Source of the DNA: Candidatus Woesearchaeota archaeon
GTDB taxonomy: Archaea > Nanobdellota > Nanobdellia > Pacearchaeales > GW2011-AR1
Direction: 5' to 3'
Length of the DNA: 64,000 nucleotides
Assembly: GCA_964365855.1 (NCBI GenBank)
Contig: CAYIRC010000002.1
Span: 1,781-65,780 of the forward strand
The translations under genes and the position numbers were made by a program. Below, in pieces: positions 48,154 to 58,227 of this stretch. A model generated the notes under the pieces. The model saw only the letters and a list, made by a program, of their open reading frames with translations, had not been told where the DNA came from and made no database searches. How positions within the stretch are numbered: position 1 is the first letter of the stretch; each line of letters starts with the position of its first letter.

Positions 48154-48427
48154 TTTAATTTCATATTTTATATGCTTATTAATATTTTTATTGAAAAATA
48201 TATACATTCGAATGACCTGACAAGCAAAGAATGTAGTGCCATAATTTTTAAATAATCACAAATATAAAAAGTTTATTAATTATCTTTTAGAATATAGAAC
48301 AAATCCGCTATTTACATCTCTCATTCTCCAAAGTTCCAGAAATCGATAAAGCCTCTTTCTTTAAAATAGAAGTAGCAAAAAATAAAATCAACTCAGCTCA
48401 AAAAGAATTTCTTGATAAAATAGTTAA

Positions 48428-48688
48428 TTACCTATCCAAAGATTCAACATAATTCTTTAAACCTTCTTTAAATGCTCTTACTTGTTCAGGATCCTCAGGG
48501 CTTACCATGCTAAGAAGGCTGTATACCCTTCTTATTGCATCATTATAAGCTTTGTTACTTTGAATAACATGTGGCGTTACAGATCCTTCTGGCACAGGAA
48601 CCATCCTCATTTGAGTAGAAACACTTCTGCCATCTCTTAAATCCTTTTCAACATCAATAGTTATTAACCCTACATGTTCTCTAGTCAT
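48428..48688 (-). CDS. hypothetical protein
   Basis: 86-aa ORF with TATA-like element upstream. Confidence 0.55.
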   Translation of the reverse strand: MTREHVGLITIDVEKDLRDGRSVSTQMRMVPVPEGSVTPHVIQSNKAYNDAIRRVYSLLSMVSPEDPEQVRAFKEGLKNYVESLDR

Positions 48689-48736
48689 ATTTATTTTTGT
48701 AAAGTTCTATTTATAATTATATGTATAAAACTAAAT

Positions 48737-49951
48737 TTATTTCTTACAGGTTTTCTTCCGCAAGCACTCTTTAATCTCTTTGATTCTAAATGAGAACAAG
48801 AAGTATGCAAACATGAATAAAGCAAAAAACAAAAAGATGAACTTAAATGGCAAGAACAATAGTATTAATCCAGCGAGGGCTTTGCCAAGAAATTGGCTGA
48901 CATCAATAGTAGTATTATATGGCCCGTAATATTCAGCTTCTTCATCTTTTGTCTTCAGGACATCAAAGAAATAGGCTTCTATTGTAGGCTCAAGTATTGC
49001 TGCCCCTATTGCTCCAGCAACTAGAATTCCCATAACTGCATAAACATCCTCTAGTAAAAAGGATAGAACCGCAGAAGCAAATAGGATAAAAAATCCTATC
49101 TTGAACATGCTTTTAAACCCAATTTTTCCAGCTAATTTTGAAGCTCCATACTCAAATATTATTAGTGGCACTGAAAAGGCGAATAAGAAATAGCCAATCC
49201 ATAAATTATTCAGTCCATTATCAAGGATAAACAAAGGCATGTATAAATAAATTAAAATCAGCCAAAGATATATCCCCCCGCCGATAATATATGCTTTTGT
49301 TCTATTCTTATCTTTGAAAAAATTGCGGAAATTCTGGATAACATTTGTATCAATCTTTTTGCTTACATGGCTGTCATTAACTTTTGAAATTTTGAATATA
49401 AAGCCTGCAATCAATATAAAAATAGCTGCTAATAGGAATATCAAATGAATGCCATAAGCTTCGGATACATATCCTGCGATTAAAGGGCCAATAACCCATG
49501 CAATATTTAAGAAAGTATACATTAATCCTTCATTTCTAGATAAATTCTCTGCTCTTGATTTATCCCTTATTATTATTCCAAAAGAAGTAATCTTTAAGCT
49601 TGTCAGCAGTGTTAATATCAATGCAAGTGCAGTAAAAATAAAAATATTTTTGTTTAATGCGAAAAGAACATAGGTTATTCCAATCAGCACTAAGGAACAG
49701 ATATAAAGTTTAGACTTGTTAGTCCTCTCAATAATGGGCACTAATATAAAAAATCCTAAGAAAGCTATTATTGTAAGAAAAGCTGAAAAAAAACTGACCA
49801 AAGCGATATTCTTGAACAAGCTCTGCATGTAGACAGACCATATTGTGTCTACAAAAGCACTGCCAAGAGAAACTATAAGCACAATAACTGCAAGCCAGGC
49901 AATACCTGTAAAAACATACATTCCTCTTTGTTTTCTTATTAATACACCCAT
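48737..49951 (-). CDS. MFS transporter
   Basis: About 12 hydrophobic helices; IGPLIAGYV, SKLAGKIGFK. Confidence 0.85.
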   Translation of the reverse strand: MGVLIRKQRGMYVFTGIAWLAVIVLIVSLGSAFVDTIWSVYMQSLFKNIALVSFFSAFLTIIAFLGFFILVPIIERTNKSKLYICSLVLIGITYVLFALNKNIFIFTALALILTLLTSLKITSFGIIIRDKSRAENLSRNEGLMYTFLNIAWVIGPLIAGYVSEAYGIHLIFLLAAIFILIAGFIFKISKVNDSHVSKKIDTNVIQNFRNFFKDKNRTKAYIIGGGIYLWLILIYLYMPLFILDNGLNNLWIGYFLFAFSVPLIIFEYGASKLAGKIGFKSMFKIGFFILFASAVLSFLLEDVYAVMGILVAGAIGAAILEPTIEAYFFDVLKTKDEEAEYYGPYNTTIDVSQFLGKALAGLILLFLPFKFIFLFFALFMFAYFLFSFRIKEIKECLRKKTCKK

Positions 49952-49952
49952 C

Positions 49953-51896
49953 TTACCTTCGCTGCCGCTTTAGAAAATTATCAATAAACTGTGTATTCTC
50001 ATCTCTATTTGCTATTTTTTTTATTCTCCATATAGGTAAATTAGAAAGCCTTTCAGCTTGCACAGCTCCCATAACTCTTCTATGCATTTTTTCCGACATT
50101 AATATATCGGAATTAGAATACTCTGCTATTTTCTTTACAGCAGGAATAATATTTCCAATTGAGGTAAGTTTGAATTTACCTTCTTTAATCTCAACAATAA
50201 TCTCGCCAGAGTGAATTCCAATTCCAAATTTCATCTTCTTCACCAGCGCCTGGTCACTCAAAGATGCTTGTATATCTTTTGCAACATTAACAGCTCGTAT
50301 ATTATTGTCATCTTCTCCTGTTAGAAGATGTGAAAATATCATAATTCTATAATCGCCATTAAGATATATTTTAGCCTTAGCTTCTTTTGCTTTGTATAAC
50401 ACATTGTTAATAGCTGTATCAATGTCTGGGTCATTTTTTGTAAGAATATCATAATTTTTTATGTTTAAAGCAATCATCACAGCTTCTTCCCTTTCTCCTT
50501 TATCTGCCATAGCATTATCAGCATTAATTTTTGGAGCGCTTACAATTTTAATAGGAGCTAGAAGTTTTGGAGTTTGGCCAAAATAACTTTTTTTTCTTAT
50601 CTTTCTATAATAAAGCAATATAATCAATAGTAAAATTATAATTAAAGCTACCCAGGCAAATATTAAAGAATTACTTTTTATAAGGCCGGTAACATCTCCA
50701 ACTGAAATAGCTCCTCCGGTTAATGATGCCATCCCAAGAGCCTCAGCCTTGCTTCCATCTTTTATAGAAACTTCATATTCTCCTTTTGGTGCAGATAATT
50801 TATACTGTTTTGTCTGGCCTAACTCTAGCTTTATTTCTTTAAGTTCATTAATATCTCCTATCGAAACCTCAATAAGTCTATTATAAGGCACATTTCCAGT
50901 ATTAGTCACAATCAGTGACCGATTAACCAAGTCAAATGAGGCACTTTCAGCTTTTTCTATATAAAATCCTTTTTCTTTAGTCAAATCATAAGCCTTTGCT
51001 TCTATTTTCCAGTAGTCTGGTGTAGAGTTATAAGTTGTTTTTATTGTATTGGGCTCACCAGCTTTAACAAGTTTTTTTTGGAATACAGATTTATCTGGTT
51101 TGTAGACTATAACACTTGCATCACCCTTAAAATCTTCACCAGCCTGGTCGTATAATCTTATAGTATAAGCTAAATCATCGCCAGGCTTTATTGTTAGTAA
51201 ACTAAATTCCAAATCAATCTTTCGTGCTATTTGCTTGACTCGAATAGATGCTGTAGCATTTCCTTCATTGATAATCTCGCCAGAGCTGTCTTTTTCATAT
51301 GCATTAGCAATTATGTTATAAGTTCTTGCATAAGAATATTCAGGTATTGTAAAGTTAAAGCTAAATTTTCCTTTACTAATAGGCAAATAAACACTAAAAT
51401 TTAGTTCAGAAACGCTTAATTGAACAAATCCATTTAGCAACTGCCCATTTTTTTTAATCGCCTCCCCAGAAATTCTAACTACTTCTCCCGGATTAAATAA
51501 TGCACCATTAATTTCTAAATTAATTTCTACTTCATTGGTTATATAAAACTTCTGGCTTATTGCTTCATCACTTCCATAATCTGCTTTAACATAGCACTCT
51601 CCAGTGAAGTTGTCTGTTAAAAATTCTCTCAATCTAGCAGAAATAAAAACTGTTTTTTGCTCGCCTGCTTTAATGCTTTCCGGAGATTTGTATATATCTT
51701 TTTCTCCGGAATTGCATACTAGTTTGGCAAGGAAAAAATCATCTGTATTTGTTAAAGAATTTACTGTCACGCTGATATTAAACTCATCTCCAATATTGTA
51801 TGTATAGCTCGGTTGTTCAATTAATAATTCAGCAGACACAGAGGATGCTAGAAATAAGCCTGCAGTAATAATTATAAATAACACCCCTATTTTCAT
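49953..51896 (-). CDS. single-pass membrane protein: extracellular Ig-like repeats plus cytoplasmic degenerate class III nucleotidyl-cyclase-like domain
   Basis: Signal peptide; beta-rich ectodomain; TM WVALIIILLLIILLYY; NGDYRIM, FGIGIHSGEIIV, IGN, ILMSE. Confidence 0.7.
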   Translation of the reverse strand: MKIGVLFIIITAGLFLASSVSAELLIEQPSYTYNIGDEFNISVTVNSLTNTDDFFLAKLVCNSGEKDIYKSPESIKAGEQKTVFISARLREFLTDNFTGECYVKADYGSDEAISQKFYITNEVEINLEINGALFNPGEVVRISGEAIKKNGQLLNGFVQLSVSELNFSVYLPISKGKFSFNFTIPEYSYARTYNIIANAYEKDSSGEIINEGNATASIRVKQIARKIDLEFSLLTIKPGDDLAYTIRLYDQAGEDFKGDASVIVYKPDKSVFQKKLVKAGEPNTIKTTYNSTPDYWKIEAKAYDLTKEKGFYIEKAESASFDLVNRSLIVTNTGNVPYNRLIEVSIGDINELKEIKLELGQTKQYKLSAPKGEYEVSIKDGSKAEALGMASLTGGAISVGDVTGLIKSNSLIFAWVALIIILLLIILLYYRKIRKKSYFGQTPKLLAPIKIVSAPKINADNAMADKGEREEAVMIALNIKNYDILTKNDPDIDTAINNVLYKAKEAKAKIYLNGDYRIMIFSHLLTGEDDNNIRAVNVAKDIQASLSDQALVKKMKFGIGIHSGEIIVEIKEGKFKLTSIGNIIPAVKKIAEYSNSDILMSEKMHRRVMGAVQAERLSNLPIWRIKKIANRDENTQFIDNFLKRQRR

Positions 51897-52141
51897 AATT
51901 CTTCAAAACATTTTTCATATATAAACCTTATTAAACCATAATTATATAAATTTAATTTAAACTTTTTCTATCAAAATGCATTGTATCCAGAGGCATATCT
52001 GATAAGGCACAAAAAAAGAAATGATTTGTTCAGGTGCTGCTCTGAAATTTATCATGCCAAATTAAAATTAACTGGTTTTATAAGGTTTTCTCAAATATAT
52101 CAAATAGATTATTTTATAAATTCTAATAAATAAATAGTCTC

Positions 52142-53254
52142 ATGGCGAAAAAGGAGAACTTTAAAGTCACCCCCTGGAATATTTCAGGAGAAGTTGATTA
52201 TAGCAAGCTTGTTAAAGAATTTGGAACAACTTTTATCTCTGATAAAATAAAGAAGAAACTTGATAAAGCCCATCCTATCTTGAGAAGAGGAATTTATTTT
52301 TCACATAGGGATTTTGATAAATGGCTTGACGCTTATGAAAAAAAAGATAAAGTTTCAATTATTACTGGAAGAGGCCCTTCAGAAAGAATGCATCTAGGCC
52401 ATCTTGTTCCCTTTTTAGTTGCAAAATCCCTGCAGGAGCAGTTTGACTGCGATGTATTTATCCCAATTTCAGATGATGAAAAATTTTATGTTAAAGAAAA
52501 TTTGACATTTGAAAAATCATTAGAATATTCAAAAGATAATATTCTTGATTTAATTGCTCTTGGATTCAAGCCTGGCAAGACATTCATTTTTGAAGATTTT
52601 GTCTACACAGATATTTATAAATATGCAGCTAAAATTGCAAAGAGAATTACTTATTCAACAGCTAAAGCAGCTTTTGGATTAAAACCAGAGAACAATGTTG
52701 GCTGGAGCTTTTATCCAGCAATGCAGGCAGCTCATATTTTATTTCCGCAGTTTTATACAAATAAAAAGCATATTTCAGTTGTGCCAGTAGGAATAGACCA
52801 AGACCCATTTATACGTTTAACACGAGACATTGCACAGGATTTCGGACTGGAAAAACCCGCTGCACTTCATGCAAAATTTATCCCTTCTCTATACGGTGAC
52901 CCTAAAATGAGCTCTTCAAAAGGCGGAAGCATATTTCTTTCAGATTTGCCCGAAGAAGTTGAAAAAAAGATAAAGAAATATGCTTTTTCAGGCGGAAGAG
53001 ATACAATTGAAGAACATAGAAAATTAGGTGGAAATCCAGATATTGATGTTTCATTCCAATACTTAAGAATATTTTTTGAGCCAGATGATAAAAAGCTTCA
53101 AAAAATCCATGATGACTATAAATCAGGTAAGATGCTCACATCAGAATTAAAGTCAATTCTCATAGAAAAAGTTAATGCTTTCTTAAAAGAACATCAAAAA
53201 AGGAAAGAACAGGCAAAAAATCAATTGGATAAGTTTATTTTAAAAAATAACTAA
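52142..53254 (+). CDS. trpS: tryptophanyl-tRNA synthetase (archaeal type)
   Basis: VTPW, TGRGPS..MHLGH, GIDQDP, KMSSS, KYAFSGG. Confidence 0.96.
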   Translation: MAKKENFKVTPWNISGEVDYSKLVKEFGTTFISDKIKKKLDKAHPILRRGIYFSHRDFDKWLDAYEKKDKVSIITGRGPSERMHLGHLVPFLVAKSLQEQFDCDVFIPISDDEKFYVKENLTFEKSLEYSKDNILDLIALGFKPGKTFIFEDFVYTDIYKYAAKIAKRITYSTAKAAFGLKPENNVGWSFYPAMQAAHILFPQFYTNKKHISVVPVGIDQDPFIRLTRDIAQDFGLEKPAALHAKFIPSLYGDPKMSSSKGGSIFLSDLPEEVEKKIKKYAFSGGRDTIEEHRKLGGNPDIDVSFQYLRIFFEPDDKKLQKIHDDYKSGKMLTSELKSILIEKVNAFLKEHQKRKEQAKNQLDKFILKNN

Positions 53255-53922
53255 TTCAAAAATAAATTCCTTTCTTCTGCTCTTCTTGTTTGAAGGCCTT
53301 TAAGAACCAGTCCATTAGCCTTTATCCATCTTGAAAATTCATTTGCGGCTTCATCAAAATTGCCTGCATTTATCCTTCTAAGTAAAGTGCTATTTCTGAA
53401 ATTTCCTTCACCAAGATTATAAATAAAACTGCAGAGAGCATCATATTGTCCTTGTGTCAATTTAACTGTAACATATCTTTGTATAACATTTTCTGCAGAT
53501 TGCACATCTTGCCGTAATAGATTTTGAGCTTCTTCTTGCGACATTCTTGTAAAATTTTCGCCAGGTGTTAACATATGACCGTATCCAATAGTTCTCCTGC
53601 CTGCAGGGCATCTATAAACAGTAGAAGAGAATCCTTCATATCTTTGGATTAAACTTAGCCCTCTTTGAGATATAGTTCTCGTTTGATTTTTAATTTCTCC
53701 AGTGCTCCAATCTATTTCTGAATCTCGTTCAACTTCAGCCCTTTGTTCAAGTCTGCTTCTATTCGAAGATTCCTGTCTTGATGCAACTGCTTTGTTATAA
53801 ACATCTAAATGGCCATATTTTTCAGCTTTTGGCTCTCCGATAAGAGACAAATAAAAAGCTAATGGAGCTATTGCTGCAACACCAACTAGTATTAATCCTC
53901 CAATGCTTCCATTTCTTGTCAT
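53251..53922 (-). CDS. GH24 (phage-type) lysozyme with N-terminal membrane anchor
   Basis: ISQRGLSLIQRYEGFSSTVYRCPAGRRTIGYGH, LTQGQYDALCSFIYNLG, STLLRRIN, GLQTRRAEE. Confidence 0.92.
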   Translation of the reverse strand: MTRNGSIGGLILVGVAAIAPLAFYLSLIGEPKAEKYGHLDVYNKAVASRQESSNRSRLEQRAEVERDSEIDWSTGEIKNQTRTISQRGLSLIQRYEGFSSTVYRCPAGRRTIGYGHMLTPGENFTRMSQEEAQNLLRQDVQSAENVIQRYVTVKLTQGQYDALCSFIYNLGEGNFRNSTLLRRINAGNFDEAANEFSRWIKANGLVLKGLQTRRAEERNLFLN

Positions 53923-54052
53923 GTAACCCCTGATTAATAGTATTATTTAAAACTTTCTAATCAGCATTATTAGCCACTAATAACAAAAGTATAACCATTT
54001 TTAAATAACAACAAATAGTAAGATTTATAAATATATTCCTAATATCAAAATT

Positions 54053-55585
54053 ATGAAAAAGTTATATTCCAGCTTGATTTTCGCTGTTTCAGCAGCATTG
54101 CTTGCACTTGTTTTGACTTCAGTTGCAACTGCAGCAGATTATGGGCCTAATAAAAATTCGCCTACAAGTTATACTATAATTCATCCTAAAGGCTATGTAT
54201 GCACATTAAGCACAAATAATGACAGCTCATACGATTTGTTTTGCGAAATCTCATCTGTCTCAGAGTGGAATGGAAGTCCTTTGCCATTGCCTTTAGCAGG
54301 AGAATGGCATGATGAATGGGTTGGCCAGATGCATAGTTCACAAGATTTTACATCAAATACAGTAGGCGTTCATAAGCAAAATGATTCATGGTATTTTATT
54401 TCAACAGGAAAGGCAAACAATCATAAAAGGCCTTATTGGTCCACATATGCTGTTTTAGTTCCATTTAGTTTTATTGATAAAGATGGAGACGGGCACAACA
54501 ATGAAACAGATATCAATGACACAAACCCAAATGTCTGGCAATATCTAAACGGTTATATTGATAATGATAAAGATGGATTTGGAGTAGGAGAATTAATAAT
54601 AAACATTCCCTCAAATGACACTCTTCCTCCTGGCTATGTTGCTAATTTGTCAAACGGAATAGACTGCAATGATTCTAATCCTTTAGTACATCCAAATGCA
54701 GTTGAAATTCAGAATGGTATAGATAATAACTGCAATGGGCAAATTGATGAGGGCTTTACAGATACTTTGCCTCCAATAATCAGATTAATTCATCCTCAAT
54801 CAGGTTCGATATTTGATATATTAAAGTTAATCAAATTTATCTTTACAGTAAATGACGCTTCTGAAATATCTTCATGTTCAATTAATATTTCAGGAAATCT
54901 TCATCCTGTTTCAAATATAAGCAAGATAACAGAAAACACACTAGACCTTAATCTTTCAGCAGGAAATTATTCAGCAAATATAATCTGTAAAGATTCGCTG
55001 AATAATACAGGGATAACTCCTTTAATATACTTTAAAATAATTGCAAATCAAACAGATGGAAATAATACTAATATTACAGACACAACCCCTCCATCGCCTG
55101 TAACAGATTTGCATCTTTTTGCAAAGTCATATAGCTATATCACTTGGAAATGGATAAACCCATCTGATGCAGATTTTTCAGAGAGTTTGATTTACATTGA
55201 TAACATATTTATTACAGCTATAAATTCTGATACATTTACATGGTCAAATCTTAAATCAAATACAGAATATACAATAAAAATTTATACAAAAGACTCAAAT
55301 GGAAATATAAATTCAAATGGAGTAATAGATTCTCAGAAGACAAATAAAAAATCCTCAACTGCAAGTTCAAGTAGCGATACAAATTATATTCCATTAGATT
55401 CAACAATTGATGCATCTGTACAAAATCTTGCACAGAATAAGTATGATAATGCTCAGAATGATACACAAATCAGCATCTCAAAGGTATCTTCAGGCTCAAT
55501 AAATTACAGTTTAATACTATTTGTCTTCAGCCTTTTAGTTCTGATACTTCTTCTTGCTATTCTTATCACAATTCTAAGAAGTTAG
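54053..55585 (+). CDS. surface protein with MopE-like metal-binding motif, Ig-like and Fn3 domains, C-terminal TM anchor
   Basis: Signal peptide; DKDGDG repeats; DCNDSNPLVHPNAVEIQNGIDNNCNGQIDEG; WKWINP...NLKSNTEY. Confidence 0.75.
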   Translation: MKKLYSSLIFAVSAALLALVLTSVATAADYGPNKNSPTSYTIIHPKGYVCTLSTNNDSSYDLFCEISSVSEWNGSPLPLPLAGEWHDEWVGQMHSSQDFTSNTVGVHKQNDSWYFISTGKANNHKRPYWSTYAVLVPFSFIDKDGDGHNNETDINDTNPNVWQYLNGYIDNDKDGFGVGELIINIPSNDTLPPGYVANLSNGIDCNDSNPLVHPNAVEIQNGIDNNCNGQIDEGFTDTLPPIIRLIHPQSGSIFDILKLIKFIFTVNDASEISSCSINISGNLHPVSNISKITENTLDLNLSAGNYSANIICKDSLNNTGITPLIYFKIIANQTDGNNTNITDTTPPSPVTDLHLFAKSYSYITWKWINPSDADFSESLIYIDNIFITAINSDTFTWSNLKSNTEYTIKIYTKDSNGNINSNGVIDSQKTNKKSSTASSSSDTNYIPLDSTIDASVQNLAQNKYDNAQNDTQISISKVSSGSINYSLILFVFSLLVLILLLAILITILRS

Positions 55586-55638
55586 TTCTTGAATTTATAG
55601 AAATAAAAATTTAAAAATGCCCTTAGCCATGCTAAAGC

Positions 55639-57369
55639 ATGAAAATACTTACTTTGCACTGTGATTATATAAGATTCAAGCCAATTCAAAAAGCAATAAA
55701 GAATCCAGAAGAGCTGAAAAACAAAGAGTCTAGAGAGGTAAAAGACTGCCTTGTAGTTCTGACTGCAGTAGAAAACGGCGACAATGATGAAATCCTCAAT
55801 CAGATGATAAAATCTGTAGTCAAAACAGCAAATGAGGTAAAATCAAAAAGAATTGTTCTTTATCCTTATGCACACTTGTCTTCGAATTTAGCAAATCCAG
55901 ATACAGCTCTAGAGTACTTAACAGTTATAGAAACTACGCTTTCAAAAGAAGGCTTGGAAGTTACACGAGCGCCTTTTGGTTATTATAAAGAATTTGAATT
56001 AAAATGCAAAGGCCATCCTCTTTCAGAATTGTCAAAGGAATTTAGATTAGAGCAGGGAAAAGTTACAGAAAATAAAGAAGTATTTACTGAAGAAATGAGA
56101 AAAGCCCTAATTAACAAGATATCAAAAGTAAAAATGAGTTTTGAAAAAGGCAAAAATGGCCTAAAAAGTAATGCTGAACTTGGCAAAGAACTGGAGCTAT
56201 ATGTTTCAAGTGAAGTAGTTGGCTCAGGGCTTCCATTACTAACGCCAAAAGGGGCTACAATCAAAAGAGAAATAGAAAGATTTGTTATAGATGAAGAACT
56301 AAAAAGAGGTTATCAGCATACATCAACTCCAGTATTAGCAAAGAGCGATTTATACAAAATTTCAGGGCATTGGCAGCATTATAAAGATTCAATGTTCATA
56401 TTAAAGACTGGCAAAGAAGAATTTGCGCTTCGTCCAATGACTTGTCCATTTCAGTTTATAATCTACAAAAGCAAGCCAAGAAGTTATAAAGAATTGCCGT
56501 TAAGGTATGCAGAGATTTCTAATTTATTCAGGCAGGAAAAATCCGGAGAATTAATGGGATTAACAAGGTTAAGGCAATTTACCCTGTCAGACGCCCATAT
56601 TATCTGCAGGCCAGAACAATTAGAAGAAGAATTTGCAGGAGTTTTAGATTTGGTAAAGTATATGATGAAATCTTTTGGAATAGAAAAGGTCTGGTATAGA
56701 TTTTCAAAATGGGACCCAAAAAATAAAGAAAAATATATAGATAATCCGCTAGCATGGGAAGGCTCTCAGAAATCAATGAAAAAGATTCTTGATAAGCTTA
56801 AATTAAAATATGTTGAAGCAGAAGGTGAGGCTGCTTTCTACGGGCCAAAGTTAGATATACAATACGAGAATGTATTTGGAAAAGAAGACACATTAATAAC
56901 AATACAGATAGATTTTGCCCTTCCAGAAAGATTTGACATGACCTACACAGATAAAGATAATAAAGCAAAAAGACCGATGATTATACATAGGTCTGCAGTA
57001 GGCTGTATAGAAAGAACTATGGCATATCTTTTAGAAAAAACTCAGGGTGCTCTTCCAGTCTGGCTTTCGCCAATTCAAGTTAGGGTCATAAATTTTACAG
57101 ACAGAAATACGAAAGCATCAGAAAAATTAATTGAAGAATTAAAAAAGCTGATTAATATAAGAATAGATTCAGATTTTAGGGATACAACAATTAATGAAAA
57201 AATCAGGGATGCAGAATTGCAAAAAATACCTTTAATTATTGTAATCGGAGATAAAGAAGAAAAATCAAATACACTTGCAATCAGGGAAAGAGGCAATAAG
57301 CCTCAATTTGGCGTTAAATTAAAGAAATTTGTGCTTGAATTAAAAGAAAAAATAGATAAAAGAATCTAA
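55639..57369 (+). CDS. thrS: threonyl-tRNA synthetase (archaeal editing domain plus bacterial-like catalytic core)
   Basis: MKILTLHCDY...YPYAHLS...APFGYYK...GHPLSELS; SGHWQHY, LRPMTCP, GEAAFYGPKLD, IHRS..GCIER. Confidence 0.95.
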   Translation: MKILTLHCDYIRFKPIQKAIKNPEELKNKESREVKDCLVVLTAVENGDNDEILNQMIKSVVKTANEVKSKRIVLYPYAHLSSNLANPDTALEYLTVIETTLSKEGLEVTRAPFGYYKEFELKCKGHPLSELSKEFRLEQGKVTENKEVFTEEMRKALINKISKVKMSFEKGKNGLKSNAELGKELELYVSSEVVGSGLPLLTPKGATIKREIERFVIDEELKRGYQHTSTPVLAKSDLYKISGHWQHYKDSMFILKTGKEEFALRPMTCPFQFIIYKSKPRSYKELPLRYAEISNLFRQEKSGELMGLTRLRQFTLSDAHIICRPEQLEEEFAGVLDLVKYMMKSFGIEKVWYRFSKWDPKNKEKYIDNPLAWEGSQKSMKKILDKLKLKYVEAEGEAAFYGPKLDIQYENVFGKEDTLITIQIDFALPERFDMTYTDKDNKAKRPMIIHRSAVGCIERTMAYLLEKTQGALPVWLSPIQVRVINFTDRNTKASEKLIEELKKLINIRIDSDFRDTTINEKIRDAELQKIPLIIVIGDKEEKSNTLAIRERGNKPQFGVKLKKFVLELKEKIDKRI

Positions 57370-57401
57370 AGGCTTATAAACTCCCAGCAATATTATTTAT
57401 A

Positions 57402-57493
57402 ATCAAAAAGTCCTTGAGTTTGTTTAGGACTTTTGGATGCTCAAGATGCAACCACATCTTTAAAGATGTGGTTTTCGTCAAGCATCTTGACAT
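57402..57493 (-). repeat. modular hairpin repeat (family 2), 6 nt upstream of a start codon
   Basis: Reverse complement of 35975-36068 with few differences. Confidence 0.85.
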
Positions 57494-57499
57494 AAAAAG

Positions 57500-58225
57500 A
57501 TGAAAATAAAACCATACATAGAAAAATTGAATAATTCTCCAAAGTATAAAGAATTTAAGAATAAGTATGATAATGCTTTCATGGTTGCGGGATTTTTTAT
57601 CTTGGACTTGGAATTTGGCAAAAACATTCACCAAATTGACTTTTATGTTCCTTCTGAAAAGAAAATTGCTGCTTTTACTCTGGATGGCGGTGTTAACATG
57701 CAGCTTGTCCACACCATGGGTGGGAAGGTTCCAGAAGAGTTAGACTTAAAGACAAAAATAGATTTAGATGCTTTGCCCGGAATTCTTCTGGATGAGATGA
57801 AAAACAGGTCCATGACAGAAGATATCAAAAAAATAATTGCAATTATCCAGAATATTAATGGCAAAAAAATATGGAACCTAAGCTGCATTCTTTCAGGCAT
57901 GGAAATTCTTAGGGCTCATGTAGAAGATGAGTCGAAAACAGTTCTGAAAATGGAAAAATCTTCAATGATGGACTTGATTAAAAAAATGCCTGTTGGACAG
58001 GGATTGCCTATGCAGGACCAGGGAAATACTGGCGGAGCAGAAGTAGGAAATGATGAAGTTGTAGGTAACGGAGCAGAAATAAACGCCAATGACCTTAAGG
58101 AAAAAATAAAAAAATTAGCTGAATTGCAGAAACAAATAGAAAAAGAAAAGCAGAAATCTGAAGAAGAATTAAGCAAAAAACCGGCAAAAGATTCAGCAAA
58201 GAAAGCAAAATCAAATAAAAAATAA
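57500..58225 (+). CDS. hypothetical protein with charged C-terminal coiled coil
   Basis: 241-aa ORF, typical codon usage. Confidence 0.75.
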   Translation: MKIKPYIEKLNNSPKYKEFKNKYDNAFMVAGFFILDLEFGKNIHQIDFYVPSEKKIAAFTLDGGVNMQLVHTMGGKVPEELDLKTKIDLDALPGILLDEMKNRSMTEDIKKIIAIIQNINGKKIWNLSCILSGMEILRAHVEDESKTVLKMEKSSMMDLIKKMPVGQGLPMQDQGNTGGAEVGNDEVVGNGAEINANDLKEKIKKLAELQKQIEKEKQKSEEELSKKPAKDSAKKAKSNKK

Positions 58226-58227
58226 TT

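Noticed and set aside
51900..52140. 240-bp intergenic region upstream of trpS as a T-box or leader
   Set aside because: No T-box consensus visible; AT-rich divergent promoter region.
53251..55585. Prophage lysis module around the lysozyme
   Set aside because: No holin, terminase, capsid or integrase genes; the wider flanks are tRNA synthetase genes.
57374..57712. 112-aa minus-strand ORF, and the 62-80 aa ORFs at 34585-34938
   Set aside because: They run through hairpin repeats or antisense to real genes; probably spurious.
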